DNA from: Dehalococcoidia bacterium
Lineage (GTDB): Bacteria; Chloroflexota; Dehalococcoidia; Lucifugimonadales; UBA3495
DNA length: 64,000 nt
NCBI GenBank assembly: GCA_963663945.1
Contig: OY760687.1
Span: forward strand, 2,639,918-2,703,917
Direction: 5' to 3'
Below are positions 39,096 to 49,940 of the stretch, one piece after another (within the stretch, counting starts at the first letter, position 1; each line of letters begins with the position of its first letter). A model generated the notes under the pieces. The model saw only the letters and a program-made list of their open reading frames with translations. It was not told where the DNA came from and ran no database searches. A program made the position numbers and the translations under genes.

Positions 39096-39761
39096 ATGCG
39101 ATCGCAGCAGCGAACCAGGGTGATGATCGTTGACGACCATTCCATATTGCGGGTTGGTCTTCAGCAGGTGCTCGAACAATCGGGCGAGTTTGAGGTGGTC
39201 GGTCAGGCGGCGGACGGGAATGAAGCGGTGAGGATAGCCGCCGAGGTGTCGCCGGACCTGGTGGTGATGGACGTGATGATGCCAAACAAGGACGGCGTGG
39301 CCGCGTGCCGGGAGATCATTGATTCCGCCCCCAATATCCGGGTGATCATGTTGACGGCCTCCACGGAAGAGGACGCCGTGGTGGATGCAGTGGCCGCTGG
39401 CTCAACCGGATACGTCCAGAAAGGGACGGACCGTGAACAATTCCTGGCGGCGGTTCGGGCCGTGGCGCGTGGCGAGCTTCGTCTGCCCGTCGACCTGGTG
39501 AAGAGGACCTTCGCGACCATCCGCGGCCGGGTTGGGACGGAAACTGCCGGCGAACTGACCATCAGGGAGCGCGAGATTCTGACGGCTTTCGCTACTGGCA
39601 TGTCCTACGCCCAAATTGCGGAAGCCAGGGGGATCAAGCCGGTGACCGTCCGGAACGCGATCTATGGCATTCAGCAAAAGCTCGACGTGGGGACGATGCA
39701 GGGACTTGTGCTCTGGTCTGTGCGGAACGGACTGCTGGACCGGTACATGGACCGCGAGTGA
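39096..39761 (+). CDS. NarL/FixJ-family response regulator; paralog of 5339-5992
   Basis: VMIVDDH, LVVMD, YVQK, LTIREREIL...KPVTVRNAIYGIQQKL, WSVRNGLL. Confidence 0.92.
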   Translation: MRSQQRTRVMIVDDHSILRVGLQQVLEQSGEFEVVGQAADGNEAVRIAAEVSPDLVVMDVMMPNKDGVAACREIIDSAPNIRVIMLTASTEEDAVVDAVAAGSTGYVQKGTDREQFLAAVRAVARGELRLPVDLVKRTFATIRGRVGTETAGELTIREREILTAFATGMSYAQIAEARGIKPVTVRNAIYGIQQKLDVGTMQGLVLWSVRNGLLDRYMDRE

Positions 39762-40656
39762 TCGACGGCGCCGGCGCCGCGAACGCCGGTCGCACCCGGT
39801 CCAGGACATAACCCGCCCCAGGGTAACTCCGGGTAATCCGCCGGAAACGCCGTGGGCGAGCCAACAGCTTGCCCCAATTCATCCCCAGCCTCAGAGGAAT
39901 GAGGCTCGCACCATTGTCGGCGTTGCCGGCGCTATCGCCGCTGCTGCGTTCCGGTTCCGAGACGCATGCACTTGATGAGCATTCCGGTGTCCATCAGGTC
40001 TGAAGGCGCACGTGCGCGAGACGCAGGCAATGAGCACGTTGGCGTCCGTTTTGTGCGAACGCACACACTTTTCCCGTATCGCCCCGTAGCATGGACGTAG
40101 GCGGACCACGCTGTCGTGGCAAACCTCCCGACGCGGCGCCCGCTTGCATTTACGAACGCCTCCCACATAGGGGGGCTAAATGATAAAGAGGCCATCGATT
40201 TCAATATGAGAAGCGTGATCATAAATCAATAGACACCGGCATTCCGGTGTCGGCCCTCGCCCAACGCCCCTGATTTCGGGGCAACGCTGACGGTGCCAGA
40301 CGGCCAGGCGGGTATACCCCCCGTGCTGGCGGCTCTTCCTCTGAGTTCCCTGTCCAGGCTCCGGCGTGCTGTACCGGCCCATGGGCGGCGCTGCACCATG
40401 CGGTATGCGCCGTTATCGCCGACACACTTCCCGCTTCACGGATGAGGGCCACCGATGGCGTACACGGCGCCACGGCGCGCCGAGGGGCCACCGTTTGAGC
40501 GCTGCCCAACCCCAATGGGTTGCCGGGAATACCAGAAAAAGCAAGGAGGTCACGACCGAATCACCACCGGTACCAACAACTGAATAGCAGCCATCGGAAC
40601 CATAACTGAAAAACGGTTGGGGCGACCATAAATGCCCCAACACCAGGGGGAATATT

Positions 40657-43600
40657 GTGATAACGACCCTGAAGAATAAAACCAAACCGCCCCATGCCAA
40701 ACTCGTCATAACACTCGTAACGCTCATCGGAATCGCGCTGCTCAGCATGATCCCGTTCGACACGGTCGACGCGTCGTACAACATACCTCGCATCGGGATC
40801 GACATCTCCGGACCGCTGGACACCGACAGCACGCCGGAAGGCGTCTGGTCGGACGGATCCACCATCTGGGTGGTGGACAATGCCAATGGGAAACTCGTCG
40901 CCTACAGCCTGTCTGACGGCGATCACCTGGCAGACAAGACCATTGAACTGCACAGCTCCAATGGCAAACCCCGGGGCATCTGGTCCGACAACGCCACAAT
41001 CTGGGTGTCGGACTGGGATGACACCAAGCTCTACGCCTACGACCTCGATACCGGCAACCGTCTGGCGGATAAGGACATCGACCTGGCCGGCAGCAACGAC
41101 GCTCCCCGGGGAATTACCGGCGACTACAACGCCATTTTGGTTGTAGACAAGGATGATTCCTACGTTTATGCGTACAGCCGATACGACGGCTCAAGGCGGC
41201 AGGACGTGGAATTCGACCTGCACGGGTCCAACGACCACCCCTGGGGTGTCTGGATAGGCGGCGGGTATGCCTGGGTCAGCGACCTCGACGACAACAGGCT
41301 GTACGCATACAACATGCACTCGGGCGATCACTCCTCAAAACGCGACGTGCGGTTGCAACGAGACAATCTGGATGCCCGGGGCATATGGTCCGACGGCGAG
41401 ACCATGTGGGTTGTGGACCAAGAGGACCAATATCTCTATGGCATCTATTACAGGCACTTCCGGCACACCGATGACGAAATAGACGTCAGCGCAGCGGATA
41501 CTCCACGCGGCATCTGGACCGACGGGTCGACCATGTGGGTTGTGGATGGCGACGCGAGCCCCAACAGAAAGCTGCTGGCATACCGGCTGTCCGATGGCTC
41601 CCGGCAGAGCGGGAAAGACACCGTCCTGAACTCCGAAAACGATGACCCGAAGGGCATCTGGTCAGACGGCACCCACGTTTGGGTCTCCGACGGCGATGTT
41701 CACAAACTCTTCGCATACGAATTGGGCGACGATAGCGGCGACATCTTTTCCGCCAAACAAATTGAAACCTCGTCCTCCCTCAACAATCCCAAGGGCATAT
41801 GGTCGGATGGCGACGTCATGTGGATCACCCGCCCTGGCACAGCCAGGCTGTACGCCTACTCCATGACCTACCTCGACCAGCGATTCCAGTGGGATATCAA
41901 ACTGGACCCGGAAAACACGGACGCCGGCGGGATATGGTCGGACGGCGAGACCATGTGGGTGCTGGACACCGTGGACGCGCACGTTTACGCGTACGAGCTC
42001 AAATACAGCGACTCGGACTACAGCCATGTTCAAATTTACCGCAAGCAATCAGCAGAATTCCGGCCGTCGCCGCATAACAATCGCTTCGGCGCCGGATTCA
42101 CCGGCCACGGTCTGCGCTTCTGGGTGACTGACGCTGACGACGACCTGCTGTACGCCTACGGACGGCCCAATGCGCCCGCTGCCTTCCGGACTTCGACCAC
42201 CGAACTGCAGGTTCATCACACCATCGCCGGCGAAAGCTATGTGGGCACCGTCCCCGCCGCCACGGATGCTGACGGCGACAGCCTGACCTACGGCATCGGT
42301 GGCTCGGACGTCGGCAAGTTCACCCTGGACCGGGAAACGCGCAAGGTATACACCGCAGCGGGATCGCCCGGCTTTCAAAGGGGCGACAGATACTCGATCA
42401 TCGTGCAGGTTTCCGATGACAAGAGCCGCCTGGACGGCGTTGATTATGGTCCTGATGATGTGATCGGTATCACCGTCAAGGTGTTGGAAAACTCTAACCC
42501 CGTGATCTCGACACCACACATGACGCTGTTCACCATCGACGAAAATGTCCCGGGGGGAACCGTCATCGGCCGGATCGAAGCCTCGGACCCGGATGGAGAC
42601 CCGCTGGACTACTCGGTCAGGTTCGACGGTTACAGCCTTCACAACAAGCCGTTCAAAATGGACGGTGACCAGCTCAAAATCAAACGCGCGGGATGGCTCG
42701 ACTACGAGTATTTCCACAACTATCCGCTCGTGGTGTTCGTGAGTGACGGCAAGGACGACAACGGCGACCCTGACGAAGAGGTTGATGACCGGGTCCACTT
42801 CACGGTGAAGGTGAACAACGTCAATGAGCCCGGGTATATCACCCTGAACCATGCCCAACCCGATGTGGGCACGGAGATCGTGGCGAGCCTTCGCGATCCG
42901 GACGGCATTTACGTGTCCGGCGTCACCGAGGTCGCATGGGTGGTGGAGAAAAGCGCCAACGCCAGTTCAGGGCCGTGGACGGAGTTAACCAGCGCGATTA
43001 CCACAACCCATTTGCTCGGGTACACGCCAGTCGCGGCCGATGCCGACCATTATCTGAGGTTCACCGCCACCTACAAGGACCGCCAGGACGGCAGCGTCGA
43101 CCGGGTCGTCAACCTGGTCTCGGAAAACGGGGTTTCCAACGTGGTCGCAACCAACGCAGCGCCCACCTTCGACGATGGAGCATCAGCGACGCGAGACGTG
43201 GCTGAGGATGCGACGGGCGGCGCCGCCATCGGGGCCACGGTTTCCGCATCAGACTCCGACACCGGGGACACCCTGACCTACGGTCTGATTGGCGATGACG
43301 CCGGTTCGTTCAGCATTGACGACAGCACCGGCCAGATATCGCTGGGCAGCGACACGGTTCTGGACCACGAGGCCAGGAGCTCATATTCCGTCACGGTGCA
43401 GGTTCGCGACAGCAAGGACGCGGACGACAATGCGGACACGGCGTGGGACGCGTACATCGCCGTCACGGTGAACGTGACCAACGTGGATGAAGAAGGCATC
43501 GTGGATTTGACCATGACCGCGCCGGAGGAAAACGTCGCCCTTTCCGCCACGATTACCGACCCGGATGGCGACGTCTCCAACCTCTCCTGGCAGTGGCAGC

Positions 43601-45054
43601 GGGCCGACAGCGTTTCGTGCAACACCTCATGGACCGCCATCACCGGCGCGAACTCGGATCATTACACTCCCGCCGCCGCCGACGTTGGCAAGTACCTGAG
43701 AGCTCAGGTGTCCTACGACGACGGTGCGGGGACCGGCAAACGGGCAGCCAGCGCAGCCACCGCAGCGGTGATGCAGGCCTTCAACGGGTCACCGGAATTC
43801 GACGAAGGCGCAACCGCAAAACGCTCGGTGGATGAAGGCGCCTCCGTCGGCGCGCCGGTGGGCGCGGCGGTAACGGCCACCGACCCCGATGGGGACGACC
43901 TGACCTATTCCATCGCTGATGGAGCGGGTTCCAACCTGTTCTCCGTTGACCAGACCACCGGCGAAATCATGGTGACGGCGAGTCATTTGCTGGATTACGA
44001 GTCAAATCCCTCTTTCGCTCTGACGGTGCAGGTATCCGACAACAAGGATGCCTTCCACAGCGCAGATGATGTAATTGACGACACCATTGCGGTAACTGTC
44101 AACCTGGTCAACGTTGATGAACCGGGCGTCGTGAGGCTCGATGCGACCCAACCGGAGGTCGGATCGGAGATGACGGCATCACTGGATGACCCGGACGGGA
44201 GCCTGTCAGCCGTGCTGTGGCAATGGTCCAGGTCGGAGGACGGCGCCACCAACTGGGAGGACATCGCCGGCGCATCCACGAGCAGCTATACGCCGAATGC
44301 CGACGACGAAGGTATGTACCTGCGCGCGGAGGCGAATTACACGGACGGGGAGGGTTCCGGTAAGAGCGCAGGCGCCACCACATCCCAGCCGGTACCGGCG
44401 AGCGGGAACGACGGCGAGGTTGATTCGACGAACACCGAAAGCCCAAGCGGGACCCAAGACAGCGAGCCATCGACCCTGCCGAACTTCTACGAAGCCTGTC
44501 TCCAGGACAAGGCGGCCGGCCTGGTGGTCGATTGCGGCACGAACGAGTTCGCGTCCTTCCGCATTTCGGCGGACGGCAGTTACACCATCAGCTGGGCCGA
44601 ATGGGACGCCGCGCACCCGGCCGTCACTGGCTACGACATCGGTCTGAACGAGTTCATTTATGCGTTCTACTACCTGGACGGCGAGTCACAGAATTCCACC
44701 GAGTTGGCTGATGTCTACCAGAGTTGTGAGTTCGTCGACGACCGGTGGAACTGCCAGGGCACCCTGGATAGCAACATCTGGGAGCACATGGACGGTACGC
44801 CTTCCGAGGGCCGCATGTTGGCCGAGGGAGTGGACCTGACCGAGTGGACATCCGCGCTGGAAGCGCCGGGACGCCGGGTGTCAAACCCGACTTTCTACCG
44901 CTGGAGCGGCGACGCAACCGACCCCGACAACGAACCCACGCCGGTTACCTACCGGGTGGAAAAAGTTGAAATGGATCTCTACCAATTTCAACCCCAGGGC
45001 GTGTCCGGCGAGAGAGGAGCAGCGTTGGTGCACGGGGCCAACGGGTTCGACTAG
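40657..45054 (+). CDS. Secreted beta-propeller + cadherin/Ig-like repeat surface protein
   Basis: Signal peptide (TVDA); 10 PxGIWSDGxTMWVxD..xLYAY repeats; cadherin-like units (ATDADGD, EFDEG...DPDGD...LDYE); WQW..YTP..D.G.YLR Ig-like units; Cys-containing C-terminal domain. Confidence 0.88.
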   Translation: MITTLKNKTKPPHAKLVITLVTLIGIALLSMIPFDTVDASYNIPRIGIDISGPLDTDSTPEGVWSDGSTIWVVDNANGKLVAYSLSDGDHLADKTIELHSSNGKPRGIWSDNATIWVSDWDDTKLYAYDLDTGNRLADKDIDLAGSNDAPRGITGDYNAILVVDKDDSYVYAYSRYDGSRRQDVEFDLHGSNDHPWGVWIGGGYAWVSDLDDNRLYAYNMHSGDHSSKRDVRLQRDNLDARGIWSDGETMWVVDQEDQYLYGIYYRHFRHTDDEIDVSAADTPRGIWTDGSTMWVVDGDASPNRKLLAYRLSDGSRQSGKDTVLNSENDDPKGIWSDGTHVWVSDGDVHKLFAYELGDDSGDIFSAKQIETSSSLNNPKGIWSDGDVMWITRPGTARLYAYSMTYLDQRFQWDIKLDPENTDAGGIWSDGETMWVLDTVDAHVYAYELKYSDSDYSHVQIYRKQSAEFRPSPHNNRFGAGFTGHGLRFWVTDADDDLLYAYGRPNAPAAFRTSTTELQVHHTIAGESYVGTVPAATDADGDSLTYGIGGSDVGKFTLDRETRKVYTAAGSPGFQRGDRYSIIVQVSDDKSRLDGVDYGPDDVIGITVKVLENSNPVISTPHMTLFTIDENVPGGTVIGRIEASDPDGDPLDYSVRFDGYSLHNKPFKMDGDQLKIKRAGWLDYEYFHNYPLVVFVSDGKDDNGDPDEEVDDRVHFTVKVNNVNEPGYITLNHAQPDVGTEIVASLRDPDGIYVSGVTEVAWVVEKSANASSGPWTELTSAITTTHLLGYTPVAADADHYLRFTATYKDRQDGSVDRVVNLVSENGVSNVVATNAAPTFDDGASATRDVAEDATGGAAIGATVSASDSDTGDTLTYGLIGDDAGSFSIDDSTGQISLGSDTVLDHEARSSYSVTVQVRDSKDADDNADTAWDAYIAVTVNVTNVDEEGIVDLTMTAPEENVALSATITDPDGDVSNLSWQWQRADSVSCNTSWTAITGANSDHYTPAAADVGKYLRAQVSYDDGAGTGKRAASAATAAVMQAFNGSPEFDEGATAKRSVDEGASVGAPVGAAVTATDPDGDDLTYSIADGAGSNLFSVDQTTGEIMVTASHLLDYESNPSFALTVQVSDNKDAFHSADDVIDDTIAVTVNLVNVDEPGVVRLDATQPEVGSEMTASLDDPDGSLSAVLWQWSRSEDGATNWEDIAGASTSSYTPNADDEGMYLRAEANYTDGEGSGKSAGATTSQPVPASGNDGEVDSTNTESPSGTQDSEPSTLPNFYEACLQDKAAGLVVDCGTNEFASFRISADGSYTISWAEWDAAHPAVTGYDIGLNEFIYAFYYLDGESQNSTELADVYQSCEFVDDRWNCQGTLDSNIWEHMDGTPSEGRMLAEGVDLTEWTSALEAPGRRVSNPTFYRWSGDATDPDNEPTPVTYRVEKVEMDLYQFQPQGVSGERGAALVHGANGFD

Positions 45055-45320
45055 CGCCAGTAGCGACAAGAGCCATTCCGTGGAATACCGCAGGTCCCAA
45101 GCCGAAACCAATCTTGGGGCCTGCGTCGCGACCCGCGATTTGGCATCGGGCATCAGACACGACGACTTACGCAGGAGGTGCATAGATCCTCGATCCCCGG
45201 ACGCTCCATAAACGCTTCCGGATCAGTTCCATAACCACGTTCGTTCCTCGAAAACCCATAAATATCTACGCATCCGGCTCCGGCATATTCGAGAGCCGGG
45301 CAAACACGGAGTGAACTGCA

Positions 45321-48300
45321 ATGCTGTTCATAAAGCCATTCTCGAAACCGTATCGATTCACCATCGCCATAACAATCACATCGCTCATCATCGTCATCTT
45401 CCTGCTTGCCGGCCACGACACGGCGTACGGGTCCGTGCCCAGACCGGACCGGGGATTCGACCTCGCCGCAGGTCTCGACAAGCCTGAAGGCGCCTGGTCC
45501 AACAACAACACCATCTGGGTGGTGTCGGAAGATGACGACAAGCTGTACGCGTACAGCCTCGCCACCGGCGCGCGCCTCGAGGACCAAGACATTGCGCTGG
45601 GAAGCGGCAACGATGATCCGCAGGGTATTGTGGCGCGCGATTCCATCATGTTCGTCGCTGACTGGGACGACACGAAGCTCTATGCGTACCATCTCAGCGA
45701 CGGACGCCGCCTGCCCAACCGTGATATCAACCTGGCCGACGCCAACGACGCGCCCCGGGGAATATCGATCATGTACGGGAACATCATAGTCGTGGACAAG
45801 GACGACAAGAAGGTTTACGCGTATCGACAAAGCGACGGTGCGCGCCAGCGGAACCGGGAGTTCGACCTTGCCGACAACAATGACCATCCCTGGGGCATGT
45901 GGACCACCAACTACACTCTCTGGGTAGCCGATGCCAACGACGACATGGCCTACGCGTACGTACAACCATCTGCAGGGGGTTTATTTGTTGCTGGGCCGCT
46001 CCATCCCGCGCCATCTCAGAACCTGCGCCTGCCGCTGGGGAACAAGGATGCGCGGGGGATCGCGGGCAAACTCTCGGGCGAGACCATGTGGATCGTGGAT
46101 GCCAAGGACAAGCACGTCTACGCCATGTACGCCCAGGGGTTCCGCCGCTCGGCGTCCGATATCGACATCAGCGAAGTGGATACTCCCCGGGGTATCTGGA
46201 CGGACGGGACCACGATGTACGTCGCGGACGCGGGCTCCGCGGGCAACCCGACCCTGCGCGCCTACGACGCGGGCGACGGGTCGCGGGATACCTCCAAAGA
46301 CATCACGCTTAACGATTCATCACTTGATCCCGTGTCCATCTGGTCGGATGGAACTGAACTCTGGGTAACCGGGTCTGCCAGTCAAACCCTGAAGGTTTTT
46401 AATCTGGCGACTGGAGAACCCATCTCGCGGGATTTTCCGATCGTACTGGCTGCCGACATTGAAGACCCGATCGGCGTCTGGTCCGACGGGGCCACCATGT
46501 GGATCGCCGACTCGGACGACCTTAAAGTCTATGCCTACAATTTCCTCACTGGGCTGCGGGAAGCCGGCAGAGATTTCGATCTTGATCCCGGAAATGAGGA
46601 CCCGGCACAAATCTGGTCGGACGGCGGGAACCTGTGGGTCCTGGACACCAAGGACAAGCACGCTTATGCCTACGATCTCGCGACGGGAAGTCGCAATGAA
46701 GAGGTGGAATTCAGGCCGGCCCCGGCGAACGACGAATTCAGCGGGGGCATGGCGGGCCACCGGAGGCTCATCTGGGTGGTGGACACCGACCGGGACAAGC
46801 TGTTCGCCTACCGCAAGGTGAACGCTCCGCCCGAGTTCAGCAGCGCCTTCGTCAACTTCGAGGTCCACCACTCAATCGCCGGCGGCAGCCTGATTGGAAC
46901 GCCACCCGAGGCGACCGACCTGGACGGCGACACCCTCACCTACTCCATTGAAGGACAGGACTCGCATCACTTTACCGTGGACGCCCAGACCGGCGCGCTG
47001 CATACCGCGAACCACGCCAGGTTCAACGGGGGCGACGAGTTCCACGTCGCCATTACCGTCAAAGATAGCAAGCGGGGACTCAATCACACCGACAACCGCG
47101 TGGACGACACGCTGATAGCCAACGTCCGGGTGCGGCACAACGCTGACCCCGCGTTCACGACCGCCAGCGGATCGACGTTCGCGGTGAACGAGGACGTCAC
47201 GAATGCCGACGTCATCGCCCAACTCGGGGTTGAGGACCTGGATGCCGACCCGCTGATCTACGACCTGAGCTTGAGCCCGCGCAACCCGTTCACCATCACC
47301 GATGGGGCGATCAAACTCCAGCCCGGAAAAAGCCTGGACTACGAGAGGAAGACAACCTACGACCTGACCATCCGCGTGTCGGACAACCTGGACCTGGACG
47401 ACAATGCGGACACTTCGTGGGACGACCAGATCGACGTGACGATACAGGTCGACAACGTAGCGGAGGCGAGCGAAATCACGGTGAGCAGCTCGCAGCCCGT
47501 GGTCGGAGAGGCCATAACCGGCACGCTCGCGGAGCCGGACGGCGTCGACTTCGGGAACAGCCGGCAAATCAACTGGCAGGTGGGACGGAACGCCGATCCC
47601 AACGCCATCACCTGGGAAGCCGTCGTCAACAGCAACCGCAACACGGAGCTTGTGGAGTACACGCCGGTGGCGGACGACGTGGGGCAATACCTGCGGTTCC
47701 GGGCCAGCTACTGGGATAACCACGACTCCGAAAACCTTCAGGTCACCACCGTCGTCACCGCCAACCCCGTCCTTGCTGAGCCGCCAACCAACCGGGCGCC
47801 AGCCTTCGACGATGGTTCCTCCGCGTCCCGTTCGGTCGCCGAGGATGCGACGGGAGGCAGCAACATTGGTGACCCCATCACCGCCACCGATCCCGAGAGC
47901 GACTCCCTGACCTACGGTATCACCGGCGCGGAGGCGGGCTATTTCCAGGTTGACGCGTCCACCGGTCAGATCAGCGTGGGCGCGAACGTGGAATTGGACT
48001 TTGAGGACAAGGCCTCCTACGAATTCCGAATGCGGGTGCATGACGGCAAGGACACCGGCGGCAACGCGGAATCGGAAATCTCCTGGGACTCGTTCATCAA
48101 CGTGACCGTGAGGATAACCAACGCGGAGGAGCCGGGAACCGTCGCCATGGATTCTGAGTCTCCGAAGGAAGGGCATACGCTGACCGCGCGTCTGGACGAC
48201 CCGGACGGATCGGTGACCAACCTGATGTGGCAGTGGGAGCGTGCCGACAGCAACCCGTCGAACAACTGGGCCGAGATCGCCGACGCCACGACCGCGAGGT

Positions 48301-49940
48301 ACACCCCTGTCGGCGCCGATGTCGGCAAGTTCCTGCGGGTGGTCGCCTCCTACGACGATGTGCTGGGCGCTGGGCGTACGGCTGAACACACCGCCGCCAG
48401 CCCTGTGCTGGATCGCGATGCCAACGCGCCGCCCGAATTCTATGAGGGAGACAGCGCCACCCGGTCTCTGAGCGAGGATGCAACCACCGCAACCTGGGTG
48501 GGCGCCGCCGTCGCAGCCAATGACCCGGAAGGAAACTTCCTCACCTACTCGTTGGCCACAGGGCCGGACTCGAACCAGTTCCTGCTGGACACTACCGACG
48601 GACGGTTGTTGGTGGTGGACGGGGCCGTTCTGGACTACGAAACCCGGCCATCCCTCGAGGTGGTGTTGCGGGTATCCGACCTCAAGGACGCCAACCACAA
48701 CTTCGATAGGTCCGTTGACGACTCCATCACGGTTACCATCAACCTGCTCAACGTGGACGAGGAGGGACTGGTGGACCTGTCATCCACGGAACCATCGGAG
48801 AGCCAGGCGCTCACGGCCACCCTGACCGACCCGGACGGAAGCCTGAGCGACATCACTTGGCAATGGGCCCGCGGTTCCATCGAGGAAAGCGAATGGACGG
48901 ATATTACGGGCGCCACTTCCAGCACCTACACGCCGGTGTCGGACGACGGTGGAATGTTCCTGCGGGCCACGGCGTCCTATACCGACGGCGAGGGTTCGGG
49001 CAAATCAGCTTCGAAGGTGTCATCCAACACAGTGCAAACGCTTGCCGGCGTCGACACGACCCTGAAGTCGCTCAGATTCAACAAGATCCCGTTCCGGTTG
49101 AACGGCGCTACGCTGGAATACACCATCGGCGTGCCCAATTCGATTTCTCAAATCAAGGTGAAAACGGCCGCCTCTGCTGAGGCAGGGGTGACGGTCGCGA
49201 TTTCACCTGCCGACAGCAGTGACAGCAAGCCAGGGCACCAGGTCAACCTGTCGGAAGGCGATAACGAGATCAACATTACCGTCTCCGATGACAACGGCGA
49301 TGCGTCCACAGAGTACGTGATAGCGATCGACCGGCGCGGTTCGTCGGAAACCCTTTCGGCTAGTTGCAACAGCGACTTGTCGGCGTTCCTCGCGTCCCAT
49401 TGCGGCGCCGGTGATTTCGCCGACTACCGGGTGGAACTGGATGGCAGTTACACCATCGACTGGAGCGACTGGGCTTCCGAGCATCCTGGCGTTAACGCTT
49501 ATTCGGTCAGCTTGGAACAGTTCATGTACCGGACTTATCACAGGCGCAACGGCGGGGCCAGCGTCTCCCGGTTGGACAACAAATACGAAACTTGCGAGTC
49601 ATCCGACGGGCTGTGGAACTGTCAGGATCCGTTGGTCCACGTCCATCATGCGGACGGTTCCGGCGAGCCAACAGCTACACGCACGCTGTCGACGAACCTC
49701 AAGCGCACCCAGTGGAGTTCCGCCCTGGAATCGCTGGGTTCCATATCGGGCGAGCAAACGCTCTTCCGGTGGAATGGAGACGCGGAGACCCAACCGACAA
49801 CGGTGACCTACAATGTCAAAGACGTGGAGGTGGACCGCTACACGTTCACGCCAAAATCCGGCGGCTCAGCGCGGGACGCGCACACTGTCACGATTGCCGG
49901 CGTGGCGTCCTTCAACTCAGAATCCGGGACGCAGCGATAA
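45321..49940 (+). CDS. Secreted beta-propeller + cadherin/Ig-like repeat surface protein; tandem paralog of 40657-45054
   Basis: Same architecture (10 propeller repeats, cadherin and Ig-like units), plus one cadherin-like beta-sandwich and the same C-terminal domain. Confidence 0.88.
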   Translation: MLFIKPFSKPYRFTIAITITSLIIVIFLLAGHDTAYGSVPRPDRGFDLAAGLDKPEGAWSNNNTIWVVSEDDDKLYAYSLATGARLEDQDIALGSGNDDPQGIVARDSIMFVADWDDTKLYAYHLSDGRRLPNRDINLADANDAPRGISIMYGNIIVVDKDDKKVYAYRQSDGARQRNREFDLADNNDHPWGMWTTNYTLWVADANDDMAYAYVQPSAGGLFVAGPLHPAPSQNLRLPLGNKDARGIAGKLSGETMWIVDAKDKHVYAMYAQGFRRSASDIDISEVDTPRGIWTDGTTMYVADAGSAGNPTLRAYDAGDGSRDTSKDITLNDSSLDPVSIWSDGTELWVTGSASQTLKVFNLATGEPISRDFPIVLAADIEDPIGVWSDGATMWIADSDDLKVYAYNFLTGLREAGRDFDLDPGNEDPAQIWSDGGNLWVLDTKDKHAYAYDLATGSRNEEVEFRPAPANDEFSGGMAGHRRLIWVVDTDRDKLFAYRKVNAPPEFSSAFVNFEVHHSIAGGSLIGTPPEATDLDGDTLTYSIEGQDSHHFTVDAQTGALHTANHARFNGGDEFHVAITVKDSKRGLNHTDNRVDDTLIANVRVRHNADPAFTTASGSTFAVNEDVTNADVIAQLGVEDLDADPLIYDLSLSPRNPFTITDGAIKLQPGKSLDYERKTTYDLTIRVSDNLDLDDNADTSWDDQIDVTIQVDNVAEASEITVSSSQPVVGEAITGTLAEPDGVDFGNSRQINWQVGRNADPNAITWEAVVNSNRNTELVEYTPVADDVGQYLRFRASYWDNHDSENLQVTTVVTANPVLAEPPTNRAPAFDDGSSASRSVAEDATGGSNIGDPITATDPESDSLTYGITGAEAGYFQVDASTGQISVGANVELDFEDKASYEFRMRVHDGKDTGGNAESEISWDSFINVTVRITNAEEPGTVAMDSESPKEGHTLTARLDDPDGSVTNLMWQWERADSNPSNNWAEIADATTARYTPVGADVGKFLRVVASYDDVLGAGRTAEHTAASPVLDRDANAPPEFYEGDSATRSLSEDATTATWVGAAVAANDPEGNFLTYSLATGPDSNQFLLDTTDGRLLVVDGAVLDYETRPSLEVVLRVSDLKDANHNFDRSVDDSITVTINLLNVDEEGLVDLSSTEPSESQALTATLTDPDGSLSDITWQWARGSIEESEWTDITGATSSTYTPVSDDGGMFLRATASYTDGEGSGKSASKVSSNTVQTLAGVDTTLKSLRFNKIPFRLNGATLEYTIGVPNSISQIKVKTAASAEAGVTVAISPADSSDSKPGHQVNLSEGDNEINITVSDDNGDASTEYVIAIDRRGSSETLSASCNSDLSAFLASHCGAGDFADYRVELDGSYTIDWSDWASEHPGVNAYSVSLEQFMYRTYHRRNGGASVSRLDNKYETCESSDGLWNCQDPLVHVHHADGSGEPTATRTLSTNLKRTQWSSALESLGSISGEQTLFRWNGDAETQPTTVTYNVKDVEVDRYTFTPKSGGSARDAHTVTIAGVASFNSESGTQR

